IMG/VR virus record: IMGVR_UViG_3300043587_000032 | Coordinates: 1-61,315 of that record | DNA length: 61,315 bases | Direction: 5' to 3' (one strand) | DNA from: a virus | Lineage: Duplodnaviria > Caudoviricetes | Shown here: positions 28,571-37,268 of the stretch, one piece after another | How the letters are laid out: each line of letters starts with the position of its first letter | Position numbering within the stretch: the first letter of the stretch is position 1 | The notes under the pieces: model-generated | The model's input: the letters and a program-made list of their open reading frames with translations, nothing else | The model's database searches: none | What the model was told of the DNA's origin: nothing | Made by a program: the position numbers and the translations under genes

Positions 28571-28717
28571 GGTCGGCCCCTTCCGTCATAGTCGGTGCGA
28601 CGGGGGCCGGTCGGTGCTTAGAGCTCCAGTTTGCCCGGGCTTAGAGCCCAGACGCGCAAGTGCCCCGTCTGCTGTGAAGCTAGCAGCGGGGCACGTGCGG
28701 TGATCTCGATACGCGTA
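28571..28717 (-). promoter_or_regulatory. Structured 5' leader of the capsid operon
   Basis: Three hairpins, GCTCTAAGC twice, RBS inside the last stem. Confidence 0.5.
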
Positions 28718-28936
28718 TCAGGTGACTTTGGTGCGTCGCAGGCGTCGGTGGTCGAGTGCGCCGGTGATCGCGTAGACGGTGGCGAGGGACAGGAGTCCGA
28801 AGGGGACGAAGCCGATCAGAAGCAGGAAGATCATCAGCTTCAGCATCCACAGGATCATCACCCCGAAGCCCATCACCATGTAGGCGAGGCCGCGGACCAA
28901 GGCCCTGACGAACAGATACACGAAGTAGAAGATCAT
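28718..28936 (-). CDS. Small membrane protein
   Basis: Highly hydrophobic; leaderless. Confidence 0.65.
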   Translation of the reverse strand: MIFYFVYLFVRALVRGLAYMVMGFGVMILWMLKLMIFLLLIGFVPFGLLSLATVYAITGALDHRRLRRTKVT

Positions 28937-28971
28937 GAGCAGATCTTACCCCCCAAGTTAGGGGGTGTCAA
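28937..28971 (-). promoter_or_regulatory. C/G-palindrome promoter-operator
   Basis: TTGACA-C5-TAACTT-G6-TAAGAT, 6 nt, ATG. Confidence 0.8.
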
Positions 28972-29220
28972 ACGTCAGCGGCGTTGATGCCTTCGCCCAC
29001 ATCCGCAGCCGGACGGTAGACGTAGACCCGCACACCCTGGCAAGCCCGGCACACCTCGAGCACCGGAACGGACCCGTCCGGTGAGCCAAGCATTTTCCGG
29101 GATAGCGCACTGTTGGTTTTCCGTGTCATGACGGTCTGCACCGGCATCCACGCGTGCGGGACTTCCTCATCAGCGTTGTAGCGCGGACAGACGCCCGCGT
29201 ACTCCTGCATCGTCGGCAAT

Positions 29221-29640
29221 TCAGCCACGGGGGTACTCCTCTTTGATCCAGGCCCGAACGTGCTCGTCAACAAGCTCGAGCAGCCAGGCAGGCCAGTCGT
29301 AACGTCTCAGCTGGGTCTCCGCGCCATCGGATCCGTTGGCCATCACGCCGGTGCCATGCGCGGTCGAGTCCGTGCTCCACCACCTGGTCTCCCATTCGCC
29401 GCCGCCGGTGGCGACAGTAACCACTCGGACCTGCTGAATGCGGTGACGCCGGTTGCTGCGTCGTCTGGGATGCATGTCTTCGATCGGGGCGTCCAACACG
29501 GCGGCAATGACGGTCAGTTCCTCTGTGAGGTGGACATCTTCCACCTTCAGGATTGCGATGCCATCCGGCTTGTGCTCGTAATTGGATTGAGTGCGCTCGA
29601 GGCGCTCGAGGCGGTGCCCGATGATGTTCAAGCTCGGCAT
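29221..29640 (-). CDS. Hypothetical protein
   Basis: GAAAGGA RBS; MPSLNII start. Confidence 0.6.
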   Translation of the reverse strand: MPSLNIIGHRLERLERTQSNYEHKPDGIAILKVEDVHLTEELTVIAAVLDAPIEDMHPRRRSNRRHRIQQVRVVTVATGGGEWETRWWSTDSTAHGTGVMANGSDGAETQLRRYDWPAWLLELVDEHVRAWIKEEYPRG

Positions 29641-29726
29641 GACGGTCCTTTCGCGGGGTAGTGGTGCGGGCCCTGCCGCCCGGCCGGTGTGCATCCGGGC
29701 GGCAGGGACCTCGCGGTGTGTGCGGT

Positions 29727-29936
29727 CTAGAGCTCGACGACCGTGGGGCCGTAGGTGTTGATCCGGTTCATCGTGGCATCCTTGTGGGCCCGGCAGGCGA
29801 AGTCGGTCATCTCGCCGTAGTGGCCGAAGGTGTACGTCATCTTGGTGACGGCCCGCTCCCCGCACATCCAGGCGTTCTCGGTGATCGAGCCGGAGTCGTA
29901 GGTGCAGGTGACGGGGGCGGTGCGGGTCTCGGTCAT
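29727..29936 (-). CDS. Small Cys/His protein
   Basis: Leaderless, MTETRTA start. Confidence 0.6.
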   Translation of the reverse strand: MTETRTAPVTCTYDSGSITENAWMCGERAVTKMTYTFGHYGEMTDFACRAHKDATMNRINTYGPTVVEL

Positions 29937-29977
29937 AGGGTCAATCTATCCCCCCAAAGTGGGGGGTGTCAAGGGCC
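29916..29977 (-). repeat. 62-bp exact direct repeat, copy 1 (promoter-operator plus first 7 codons)
   Basis: Identical to 31919-31980; TTGACA-C6-ACTTT-G6-A-TAGATT. Confidence 0.9.
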
Positions 29978-30562
29978 CCTTGTAAGAGAAGCCACCGCCT
30001 TTGCCCGAGCGGCCGCCTTCGCCGCAAGGTGCCGGATGTTCAGCCGGTCAGACAGCTCGAAGGCGAAGCCCTCCATGTCCGGCGCGAACTTGGCCAGCAC
30101 TCGGCACGCCTGCCTGTCCACCACCATGTGCCATACGGTGCCGTCCGACTTGGGATCCTCCGGCAGAACCATGTAGCGGCCGTCCATCACATTCTCCCTG
30201 CGGTACGGCACAGGTCCATCAGGAACTGCGCGGACTCGTGAAGCTCCAGCAGATCGTTCAGCGTGAGGCCCTCGAAGGCTCGATCGATGGCCAGGCCGTC
30301 ACCGGCGAGCACCGCGCGGAGCACCTCCGGCCCGGCGTCCTGCACGGCTGGTGAGGCCGCTTCCGGGTACGCCATCAGCTGACCTCGATTCCGCGCATGG
30401 CCGCGATCTGGCGAAGTGCCCAGGTCGTATCCGGCGTGCCGGTGGCGATCCATACGCGACCGCCGCCGAACGCAGTGGGAACGGCGTGATCAGTTCCAGC
30501 AGCAGTGATCAGGGCTGCATGCTCGGACTCGGTGATGTAAACGCGGGGCGGGCCGGACAGGC

Positions 30563-31108
30563 TCATCGTCCACCGCCAAACAGTCCACTGATCGGGTTGC
30601 GGAGGCCGCCCGTGGCGTCGAGGCACTGGCTTGCGGTACCGGAACACGGGTTGTCCGGGTTGGGCGGTTGCGGGGCAGGCTGGCCGTCCGGGCGGCTCGA
30701 GCATGAGCCGTCGGCGTGCAGGTAGCCGTTCGAGCACCAGACCGTGTAGCCGCCGCTAAGCTCCTGCTCGGTGTAGGCGGGCGGTGACTGCTGCTTGGCG
30801 ACACGCGGCGCCGTCTTCGGGGCGGCCTTGGCCGCGGGCTTCGGGACCACCTTGGCGGGTGCCTGCGGCGCCACGGCAGGCTTGGCCACCGGCGCCGGGG
30901 TGACGACGGCGGGAACCTGCGTCGGCGCGGGGGCGACGGCCACGGGCTCGGGCACGGCCGGGACGGCACCGCGGGTCTCCGGCACGGTGATCGAGGTGGC
31001 CGGGGCGTTATCGGCGGCGAAGGCAAAGACGGTCGCGGTGCCGAGTCCGGCGAGCGCGAGCGCCGCGAAGGCGTAGGCGGTGCGGACGCCGTAGGGGTGT
31101 CGGGACAT
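30563..31108 (-). CDS. Exported Pro/Ala-rich protein with Cys-rich C-terminus
   Basis: Signal peptide-like N-terminus, PA linker, four Cys. Confidence 0.7.
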   Translation of the reverse strand: MSRHPYGVRTAYAFAALALAGLGTATVFAFAADNAPATSITVPETRGAVPAVPEPVAVAPAPTQVPAVVTPAPVAKPAVAPQAPAKVVPKPAAKAAPKTAPRVAKQQSPPAYTEQELSGGYTVWCSNGYLHADGSCSSRPDGQPAPQPPNPDNPCSGTASQCLDATGGLRNPISGLFGGGR

Positions 31109-31148
31109 CAGGTGCTCTCTTTCGGTGTGGCGTGCGGGATGGACAGGT

Positions 31149-31463
31149 TCAGCAGGTCGCGGTGATCGCGGACCAGTAGGCGTCAACCAGGCGCGTCATC
31201 TGCTCGGGCGTGTCGTCCTTACCGGACCGGGCGAAGCGCGCCAGCTGCTCCGCGGAGCCCTGGACGGTCGGGTCCGTCTTCGCGCTCACGCACAGGGCCA
31301 TGCCCATGGTGTAGGCGTTGTCACCGACTTCCCAGCCCGCGTCGCGAAGCTGCGCGTCGAACTCCGCATGCGAGAGCTTGTGGTCCGATGGGGCGTCGCT
31401 GCCACTGGAGCAGGCGGTGAGTGCGAGTGCGGAGATGGCGAGTGCGGCGACGATCTTCTTCAC
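31149..31463 (-). CDS. Lipoprotein
   Basis: KKIVAALAISALALTAC lipobox. Confidence 0.75.
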   Translation of the reverse strand: MKKIVAALAISALALTACSSGSDAPSDHKLSHAEFDAQLRDAGWEVGDNAYTMGMALCVSAKTDPTVQGSAEQLARFARSGKDDTPEQMTRLVDAYWSAITATC

Positions 31464-31519
31464 GGGATGCTCTCTTTCGGTGTGGATGCAGCCGAGGGCG
31501 AGTGCCCCCGGCCGGGGGC

Positions 31520-31939
31520 TCAGCGGTTGAGCCAGTCCGCATACGCCTTGGCGGGGTCCGCTGCCTGGTCGCGTACGGCGATGATGGCGGCCCATGCTGG
31601 GTAGGCGTCAGTAGCGACGGCCGAGGCCTTCAGGGTGCGCACGTTGACGAACCCGGCGGCCTCCAGGGCGGCGATCGCGGTCTCGTTGCGATCGCCGAAC
31701 GCAGCGTTCCGGGCGGCGGCGCCAGCCTTGCGCTTCGCCTCGCGGCGCTTCGCGGCGGACTCGCGGCGCTTAACGACGGCCACGGGTACCCAGTGGCCAC
31801 CGGCCGGGATGCCGCTGGCGTCGGTGCAGGCGAAGCACTTGCCGCCGACGACGCTGACCGGGCCGTGTGCGCCGGTGCCGGAACAGCGAGTGCAGGGAAC
31901 CCAGGTGAGGTCGTTGGCGGCGGTGCGGGTCTCGGTCAT
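31520..31939 (-). CDS. Zinc-finger protein (CxxCxGxG..CxxC)
   Basis: CTRCSGTG..CFAC; leaderless. Confidence 0.65.
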   Translation of the reverse strand: MTETRTAANDLTWVPCTRCSGTGAHGPVSVVGGKCFACTDASGIPAGGHWVPVAVVKRRESAAKRREAKRKAGAAARNAAFGDRNETAIAALEAAGFVNVRTLKASAVATDAYPAWAAIIAVRDQAADPAKAYADWLNR

Positions 31940-31980
31940 AGGGTCAATCTATCCCCCCAAAGTGGGGGGTGTCAAGGGCC
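31919..31980 (-). repeat. 62-bp exact direct repeat, copy 2
   Basis: Identical to 29916-29977. Confidence 0.9.
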
Positions 31981-32044
31981 AATTGGAAACGGCCCCGGCG
32001 TGGCGCGCACCGGGGCCGAACTGAAGATCACCAGTCGCGGTTGC

Positions 32045-32494
32045 TCATAGACCCTCCCTTGGATAGACATGGACGCTCAGCCCCGCCGCGCGCGCCTGGC
32101 GTACCGCATCAGCCGTACCGCGCGAGTTGCCCAGGTGGAACGCCAATACCAAGTCCGGCATGTGCGCAACCATGATTCCGTTGCGCGCCGGGCCACCGGC
32201 CTTGCCGAGCTCCTTGACGTACGGGAAGCCGGTAATCGGACCCAAGCCGTACAGGCTCCAGATGGCTACGGCCATGCGGTCCGCGCCCACTGCGTCGCCG
32301 TGAATGAGCTGGACTGTGCCGGTCTGGTCTAGCCGGTGCTCCAGGACGGCATCCAGCATGATTGCCCGGTGCCGGTGGACGACGGGGCAGGTAGACGCCG
32401 CCGCCGTTCCGTCTTCGCCCGCGTGCGGCGGCTCATGCGGGCACACGCCCCACGTGCGCGAGCCGGTCACCATCACTTTCGATGCGGTGTTCAC
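32045..32494 (-). CDS. SLOG-family (DUF2493/YspA-like) protein
   Basis: VTGSRTW, IHGDAVGAD, ARNxxM, SRGTAD..ARAAG. Confidence 0.8.
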   Translation of the reverse strand: MNTASKVMVTGSRTWGVCPHEPPHAGEDGTAAASTCPVVHRHRAIMLDAVLEHRLDQTGTVQLIHGDAVGADRMAVAIWSLYGLGPITGFPYVKELGKAGGPARNGIMVAHMPDLVLAFHLGNSRGTADAVRQARAAGLSVHVYPREGL

Positions 32495-32838
32495 GACCAG
32501 CGACCGCGGTCCACGTCGACAGCGAAGGTCTCGAGCTTGGCCGCCTGCTCGATGAGGGCAGCCGCTTCCCGCCGCAGGACAGCCGCCCGGCGCACGATGG
32601 TCGCGTGCTGGAAGGCGGACGGCTGCACCGAGCTGGCCTGGATGGTCGGGTCGGGCGCGACGTACATTTCGGAATCGCCCTTGGGGTTGACGACCTGAAT
32701 GAGCCACGCCGGGTCCGCGTGGTCGGGGTCGAGCACCGGGTTTCCGATGACCAGGTACCAGTAGCCGCGGCGGTGCAGGTACTGCCCGCGCTTCACGTCC
32801 TGCGTGGGGATCTCTTCGAGGTTCAGAGGCTTCGTCAT
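32491..32838 (-). CDS. Hypothetical protein
   Basis: GGAG RBS; MTKPLNL start. Confidence 0.55.
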   Translation of the reverse strand: MTKPLNLEEIPTQDVKRGQYLHRRGYWYLVIGNPVLDPDHADPAWLIQVVNPKGDSEMYVAPDPTIQASSVQPSAFQHATIVRRAAVLRREAAALIEQAAKLETFAVDVDRGRWS

Positions 32839-32941
32839 GGTGCTCCAATCGCGGGGAAGCCCTCCGTCCGAGGCTTGAACTCGGTCAGGTCCTCCGGGTG
32901 CGGCCCGGCGGGTGCACGCCCACTGCGTGCGCACGGAGGTT

Positions 32942-32966
32942 GGCGGGGCCCGTGGTGGGCCCCGCC
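32942..32966 (-). terminator. Hairpin after a small gene
   Basis: GGCGGGGCCC-N5-GGGCCCCGCC. Confidence 0.55.
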
Positions 32967-32972
32967 GGTAGA

Positions 32973-33170
32973 TCACATGAGCTTCAGGCAGGCCTTGCAG
33001 GTGACGACTGCGGTGGGGCTGTAGACACCGCGGAGGACCTGCGCCCGGCCGTTGACGCGGGTCCCGCCGCAGAGGATGGCCTTGTGGTCGTAGCGGGCGT
33101 CCCGGAGGTGGATGGCCTTGCCGCCGCCGACGGTGAGGAGCTGGAGGGCGGTGGTTTCGTTGTTGTTCAT
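32973..33170 (-). CDS. Small zinc-binding protein
   Basis: H..LCG..VTCKAC; leaderless. Confidence 0.65.
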   Translation of the reverse strand: MNNNETTALQLLTVGGGKAIHLRDARYDHKAILCGGTRVNGRAQVLRGVYSPTAVVTCKACLKLM

Positions 33171-33206
33171 ACGAGTAATCTATCCCCCCAAAGTGGGGGG
33201 TGTCAA
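33171..33206 (-). promoter_or_regulatory. C/G-palindrome promoter-operator
   Basis: TTGACA-C6-ACTTT-G6-A-TAGATT, 6 nt, ATG. Confidence 0.85.
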
Positions 33207-33478
33207 GAGGAACGGCGGAAAACCTGCATGAGGTGGTTCAGCTCGCCGCCGATGACCACGCCAGCCGCGTTGTCCTTCTCGGTCAGGGTCTTCCGGTTCG
33301 CCTCCGGAATGAGGGTCACGCCCTGGAGCCGGTCCACGGCGCGAAAGGCCTTGTCCATGTCTTCGCGGGATACGTCGTCACCGACCATCTCGCGGATGGA
33401 GCCCAGGTCAACCCACTCGTTCGGCTCCTCCGCAAGGAGTTCGTACGTCGTCAGGATCCGATCTTCGATGCTCACCAT
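33203..33478 (-). CDS. Hypothetical wHTH-like protein
   Basis: Leaderless after TAACAT; WVDLGSIRE..LIPEAN. Confidence 0.6.
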   Translation of the reverse strand: MVSIEDRILTTYELLAEEPNEWVDLGSIREMVGDDVSREDMDKAFRAVDRLQGVTLIPEANRKTLTEKDNAAGVVIGGELNHLMQVFRRSS

Positions 33479-33514
33479 GGATCCCATGTTACCCCCCAAG
33501 GCAGGGGGACACAA
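33479..33514 (-). promoter_or_regulatory. C/G-palindrome promoter-operator
   Basis: TTGTGT-C5-TGCCTT-G6-TAACAT. Confidence 0.75.
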
Positions 33515-33581
33515 TGGTCAAGGACTGGTCAGAAAGTGGACAAAAGAGAAGCGGGCCCGCACCACCAGGCACGGACCCGCT

Positions 33582-33809
33582 TCACACCGAGACCCGCAGC
33601 GTCCGGCGTTCACCAGCCGAGAGGCCACCGAACACGCCGAACTCCTGCATCCCCAGCTCGGCCCGGCAGGACGCGGACACCGGGCACCGCGCGCACACCG
33701 CCTTGGCCTGCGCCACCTGCCGAGCACCGGGGCCGACCTCGGAGGCCGGGAAAAACAGCTCAGGGTCCACACCGCGGCACGCGGCCTCGACCCGCCAGTC
33801 CTGCACCAT
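33582..33809 (-). CDS. whiB: WhiB-family transcription factor
   Basis: AACRGVDPELFF..AKAVCARCPV..C..GVFGGLS..ERR. Confidence 0.92.
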   Translation of the reverse strand: MVQDWRVEAACRGVDPELFFPASEVGPGARQVAQAKAVCARCPVSASCRAELGMQEFGVFGGLSAGERRTLRVSV

Positions 33810-33849
33810 TGCGCACCTCCCGTGATTGCGGGGCGCGCAATGAGCGCCC

Positions 33850-34296
33850 CTAGCTGAACTCGGCCTGCCAGCCGCCCGTTTTGGCAGCGAAGGTGACCTT
33901 GTGGTGGTCGTAGCCGTGCGAGGCCGCGTACAGCTCGGCCCACCGGCGCGCCTTCTCGTCTTGCCTCGCGAAGTTGTTCAGGCCGACAGTGACCAGGGTC
34001 GGAACCCAGCACCGCTCAATTCGGGAGGACAGCGGCGAGGCAACAATCGAAGCCTCCAGCTCAACTACCCGCTCCAGCAGGGCGGACGCCTTGATCGCCG
34101 CGGTGGCCTGATTGCGTGCCGTGCGCCGGGTGAAGGCGCTCACCGAGTCCTCCCATCGACGGTCGAACTCCGCATCAGTGGCCCACGCCATGCCGTTGTT
34201 GGGCTCCTCGTTCTGGAGCTTGGCGCGGTAGATGGCCTTGGCGGTGCGCTCGACCAGGTCGGTGTCGAGCGTGTAATCGGTGGTGAGGTGCTGCAT
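33850..34296 (-). CDS. Hypothetical protein
   Basis: 148 aa with GAGAGG RBS. Confidence 0.6.
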   Translation of the reverse strand: MQHLTTDYTLDTDLVERTAKAIYRAKLQNEEPNNGMAWATDAEFDRRWEDSVSAFTRRTARNQATAAIKASALLERVVELEASIVASPLSSRIERCWVPTLVTVGLNNFARQDEKARRWAELYAASHGYDHHKVTFAAKTGGWQAEFS

Positions 34297-34307
34297 GGCC
34301 GGGCCTC

Positions 34308-34559
34308 TCAGTTCTCGGGAAGGGGGAGCGTGGCGCCGAAGAACGTTTCGTACTCGTTCGGCTGGTCGCAGGTCCAGCCTGCGGCGGTCAGGCGGTCTAC
34401 GGCCTGCTGGCGGGTCTCGCCGCGGCCCATCCAGACGACCGAGTGGAACACCATGCCGTTGACCAGGGAGCGGGTGGTGACTTGGGCGTCGCGCCCGAGC
34501 AGCTTCTTCACTGCCCGGGTAACGGCGGCGTTGCTTCGGTACTTCAGCGTCTCGGTCAT
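34308..34559 (-). CDS. Hypothetical protein
   Basis: Leaderless MTET start. Confidence 0.6.
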   Translation of the reverse strand: MTETLKYRSNAAVTRAVKKLLGRDAQVTTRSLVNGMVFHSVVWMGRGETRQQAVDRLTAAGWTCDQPNEYETFFGATLPLPEN

Positions 34560-34595
34560 GGCTCCAATCTATCCCCCCAAACTAGGGGGTGTCAA
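34560..34595 (-). promoter_or_regulatory. C/G-palindrome promoter-operator
   Basis: TTGACA-C5-TAGTTT-G6-A-TAGATT. Confidence 0.8.
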
Positions 34596-34611
34596 GAGGT
34601 ATTTCGGACCG

Positions 34612-34654
34612 AAAAAGGCGGAGACCCCTGGGGATCGAATCCCGGGGCCTCCGC
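34612..34654 (-). terminator. Intrinsic terminator
   Basis: GC hairpin followed by TTTTT on the minus strand. Confidence 0.7.
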
Positions 34655-34827
34655 ACGTCGAACCTACCGGCCGCTGACCGTATTCGCGATGCACAGGAAC
34701 AGCACCGAGCCGAATCCCACCGTCACGCCCGCGATCAGGAGCCACGTCATCCCGGCCACCGCACCGAACACGGCTGCCATCAGGCCGACGCACTCGACGC
34801 CGACCGTGACGACGAACCCACGCGTCC

Positions 34828-35049
34828 TCACGACGCCACCGGCAGCGGTACCCGCTTGAACCCGCGGGTTCCCTCGACGCGCCACGCCTCGGGGTCCCTC
34901 TCCAGCGCGGCTAGGGCTTCCTGCGCCGCGCCGATCTGGTTGCGCAGGTACTCCTTCGCCTCCGTAATTGCGGCCTCTCGCGTGAGTAGGCCCCACATGC
35001 CGACGATCGGGTACGTCCCGAAGTAGATCTCCGTCACTGCGTCGGCCAT
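34828..35049 (-). CDS. Hypothetical protein
   Basis: TGATG coupling to the upstream gene. Confidence 0.55.
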   Translation of the reverse strand: MADAVTEIYFGTYPIVGMWGLLTREAAITEAKEYLRNQIGAAQEALAALERDPEAWRVEGTRGFKRVPLPVAS

Positions 35050-35492
35050 CAGCGGATCATCCTGCCGGTCAGGGTGCCCAGCGCAGCGAGGTCGTGCGCG
35101 CAGCGATAGATCACATCCCACTCGTTGATCACGATCTGCATTGCGTCCGAGCGGGCTTCAGCTTCCGACAGGCCGTACGTGTCGGCGGCGGCCGCGAAGT
35201 CGGCGTAGTCCTGCCTGGACTCGTACGGGTCCGCTTCGCCCGCACCCTTGCCGTACTGCGTCTGGCGCCAGTATGTGGCGGCTTCGTGGCCCGCCATGAG
35301 CCCGACCAGGAAGCCCCGCTCCTGAGCGGCAGTGCCGTAGTCCTCACGGATAGTGCACTCGCCGTCGCCGCCGATCTTCAGCCGGACACGCTCGACGTGC
35401 AGCCCTGCGTGCATCATCGCCACGGCGTGCCCGATCTCGTGAGCGGAGATCTGAAGCTCCATCGGGCTCGGGCCCTGGTGTGCCTCGGTCAT
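35049..35492 (-). CDS. HExxH metallopeptidase-like protein (paralogue 2)
   Basis: SAHEIGHA..MAGHEA. Confidence 0.7.
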   Translation of the reverse strand: MTEAHQGPSPMELQISAHEIGHAVAMMHAGLHVERVRLKIGGDGECTIREDYGTAAQERGFLVGLMAGHEAATYWRQTQYGKGAGEADPYESRQDYADFAAAADTYGLSEAEARSDAMQIVINEWDVIYRCAHDLAALGTLTGRMIR

Positions 35493-35935
35493 CAGCGGAT
35501 CATCTCCCCGGACAGGCGCCCCATGCGGGCAAGGTCGTAGGCGCAACGCGTGATCACGTCCCACTCGCTGACGACGATCTGCATTGCATCGGAGCGGGCT
35601 TCGGCCTCGGACAGGCTGATGATGTCGGCGTAGCGCTCGAAGACGGCGTAGTCGGGGGCCGAATTGGCGGCGTCAGCACCGGCGCTCGGACCGAACTGCG
35701 TCTTGATCCAGTAGTCCTCGGCTTCGAAGCCCGCCAGCATCCCCGTCAGCCAGCCGCGAAGCCGCTCGTCGGGGATCTCCAGCCCCTTCTCCTTGATCGC
35801 GCACACGCCGCCGTCGCCGAACCTATCCAGCTTCACGTAGTCGACATGGAACCCGGCGGCCATCTGCGCGACGGCGTGGCCGACTTCGTGCGCGGCAATC
35901 TGGAGGTCCAGCTCGCCCAGTTCCGGCATGGTCAC
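35492..35935 (-). CDS. HExxH metallopeptidase-like protein (paralogue 1)
   Basis: AAHEVGHA..LAGFEAE. Confidence 0.7.
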   Translation of the reverse strand: MTMPELGELDLQIAAHEVGHAVAQMAAGFHVDYVKLDRFGDGGVCAIKEKGLEIPDERLRGWLTGMLAGFEAEDYWIKTQFGPSAGADAANSAPDYAVFERYADIISLSEAEARSDAMQIVVSEWDVITRCAYDLARMGRLSGEMIR

Positions 35936-36435
35936 TTCGATCCCCTCTGCTTGGCGATGAACTCGCCCTTCGGCCAGTCCTGGACACGGGTGCAGGTCTT
36001 CACGTGCTTCTGGTAGGTGCTACCGCCGGAGGCGCGGAACCCGGCTGCCTGGCCGCGCTTCATCTCGCCGCACGTCGGCCGACCGGTGCCGTTCAGGTGC
36101 AGCACCCACGTGGACATCGGATACGGCTTGGCGTCGAACGGGATGAGCTTCGTCTCCCGACGCTTCTCCGGCGTGCGCCCGGCCGGGTTCGGCAGGGTTT
36201 CTGCCCAGATGATCCGGGCCTTGCAGAACTTGCAGGGGCTGGAGTGCTTCCGCTGCTGCTCGGTCAGCCCGTCGTCTCCAGGCAGCCCGGGGAACTGTGT
36301 GGCGACTCGCGTACAGGTGCCGCACATCAACGGGCCACCGCACCGTGCCCGCGGTGGCTGCCCCTCGCCGGGCTCGTTGGCGGGGTCGCCGATCCAGTAG
36401 CCGTGACTGTTCCATCCTTCGCGGGGGCTGGTCAC
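35932..36435 (-). CDS. Zinc-binding protein
   Basis: ARCGGP.MC.TC, CKFC..IIW, H..TC. Confidence 0.6.
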   Translation of the reverse strand: MTSPREGWNSHGYWIGDPANEPGEGQPPRARCGGPLMCGTCTRVATQFPGLPGDDGLTEQQRKHSSPCKFCKARIIWAETLPNPAGRTPEKRRETKLIPFDAKPYPMSTWVLHLNGTGRPTCGEMKRGQAAGFRASGGSTYQKHVKTCTRVQDWPKGEFIAKQRGSK

Positions 36436-36674
36436 GGGATGCGCTCCTTCCCGATCTGGTCGATCTTCGGGTACTCCTTCAGGAAGTTGAGGAGCTCGAA
36501 CTCGGTGTCAAACTGTGCGATGAGCCGCCCGTGGTCAGTGATTCCCTCGAATCGGTAGGGCTTCCCGGCGATGGCCTTGCTGCGCTCGGTGGCGGCACTG
36601 TAGGCGAGCGCGAGGAGCACGATAAAGAGCACGGCCGCGCCGATGCTGGCGAAGATCCAGCCTGCGATGCTCAT
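36432..36674 (-). CDS. Small membrane-anchored protein
   Basis: N-terminal TM segment; ATGA coupling. Confidence 0.55.
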   Translation of the reverse strand: MSIAGWIFASIGAAVLFIVLLALAYSAATERSKAIAGKPYRFEGITDHGRLIAQFDTEFELLNFLKEYPKIDQIGKERIP

Positions 36675-37186
36675 ACGTCGGCCTGCGCAGCGGCACTGTC
36701 CCGGTCGAACCGCTCGATGCGCTCGATGAGGGCTTTCTCGCCGCGGGCGTCGAGCTGGTCGGCGGCACCGAAGTCGGTGCACCGCAGCATGCCAACGGCG
36801 CTGAAGACGTTGATCGGCGTGTCGAACTGCTCCGCGGTGCCGTTGACGACGCGCCTCACGGTGGTCTGGTCGGCGCCCATGCGGTCCACCAGGGCAATGG
36901 TGGCGCCGGTGTGGTCGATCTTCCAGGGCTCCAGCGTCTGTTCGGTAGCGGTGATGGCGGGGCCGAAGGAGAGCTCCCCGTAGATCACGTGGACGTGGGC
37001 TCGCGGGTCGCCATCGGTCCAGATGGGCGCGGACGGCAAGTCGGTGTCGAACGGCAGTGCAGCGCCGTCGAGCGCCCAGTAGGCGGCCTCTGCGGTCTCG
37101 AAGTGGGCAAGCGGGTGCCCGGCGGCGATACGCTCGGCAACGGGCGTGCAGGCCTCCGTGAGGCCGATGGTGATGATGGGCAGCAA
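36671..37186 (-). CDS. Hypothetical protein (start uncertain)
   Basis: AGAGGAG RBS before TTG, downstream of a palindrome promoter. Confidence 0.5.
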   Translation of the reverse strand: MLPIITIGLTEACTPVAERIAAGHPLAHFETAEAAYWALDGAALPFDTDLPSAPIWTDGDPRAHVHVIYGELSFGPAITATEQTLEPWKIDHTGATIALVDRMGADQTTVRRVVNGTAEQFDTPINVFSAVGMLRCTDFGAADQLDARGEKALIERIERFDRDSAAAQADV

Positions 37187-37223
37187 GAGTGCTCCTCTAT
37201 CAGGGGCTGGACAGGTACCGTGG

Positions 37224-37252
37224 ATCGTACCCCCCATCGAGGGGGGATACAA
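37224..37252 (-). promoter_or_regulatory. C/G-palindrome promoter-operator between divergent genes
   Basis: TTGTAT-C6-TCGAT-G6-TACGAT. Confidence 0.75.
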
Positions 37253-37268
37253 GCGAAGGGACTTCGGC

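Noticed and set aside
2400-28591. Long + strand ORFs (e.g. 2400-4013, 6152-8143, 27179-28591)
   Set aside because: Antisense shadows of real minus-strand genes in high-GC DNA, with no recognisable motifs
29950-29966. G-quadruplex or phase-variable homopolymer role for the G6/C6 runs
   Set aside because: Only one G-run per strand per site; the fixed symmetric position in promoter spacers favours an operator, although slippage is not excluded
34612-34654. tRNA or attP, from the T-loop-like GGGATCGAATCCC (similar at 11755-11790)
   Set aside because: No D arm or anticodon arm; a hairpin plus T-run after genes fits a terminator, and no integrase was seen
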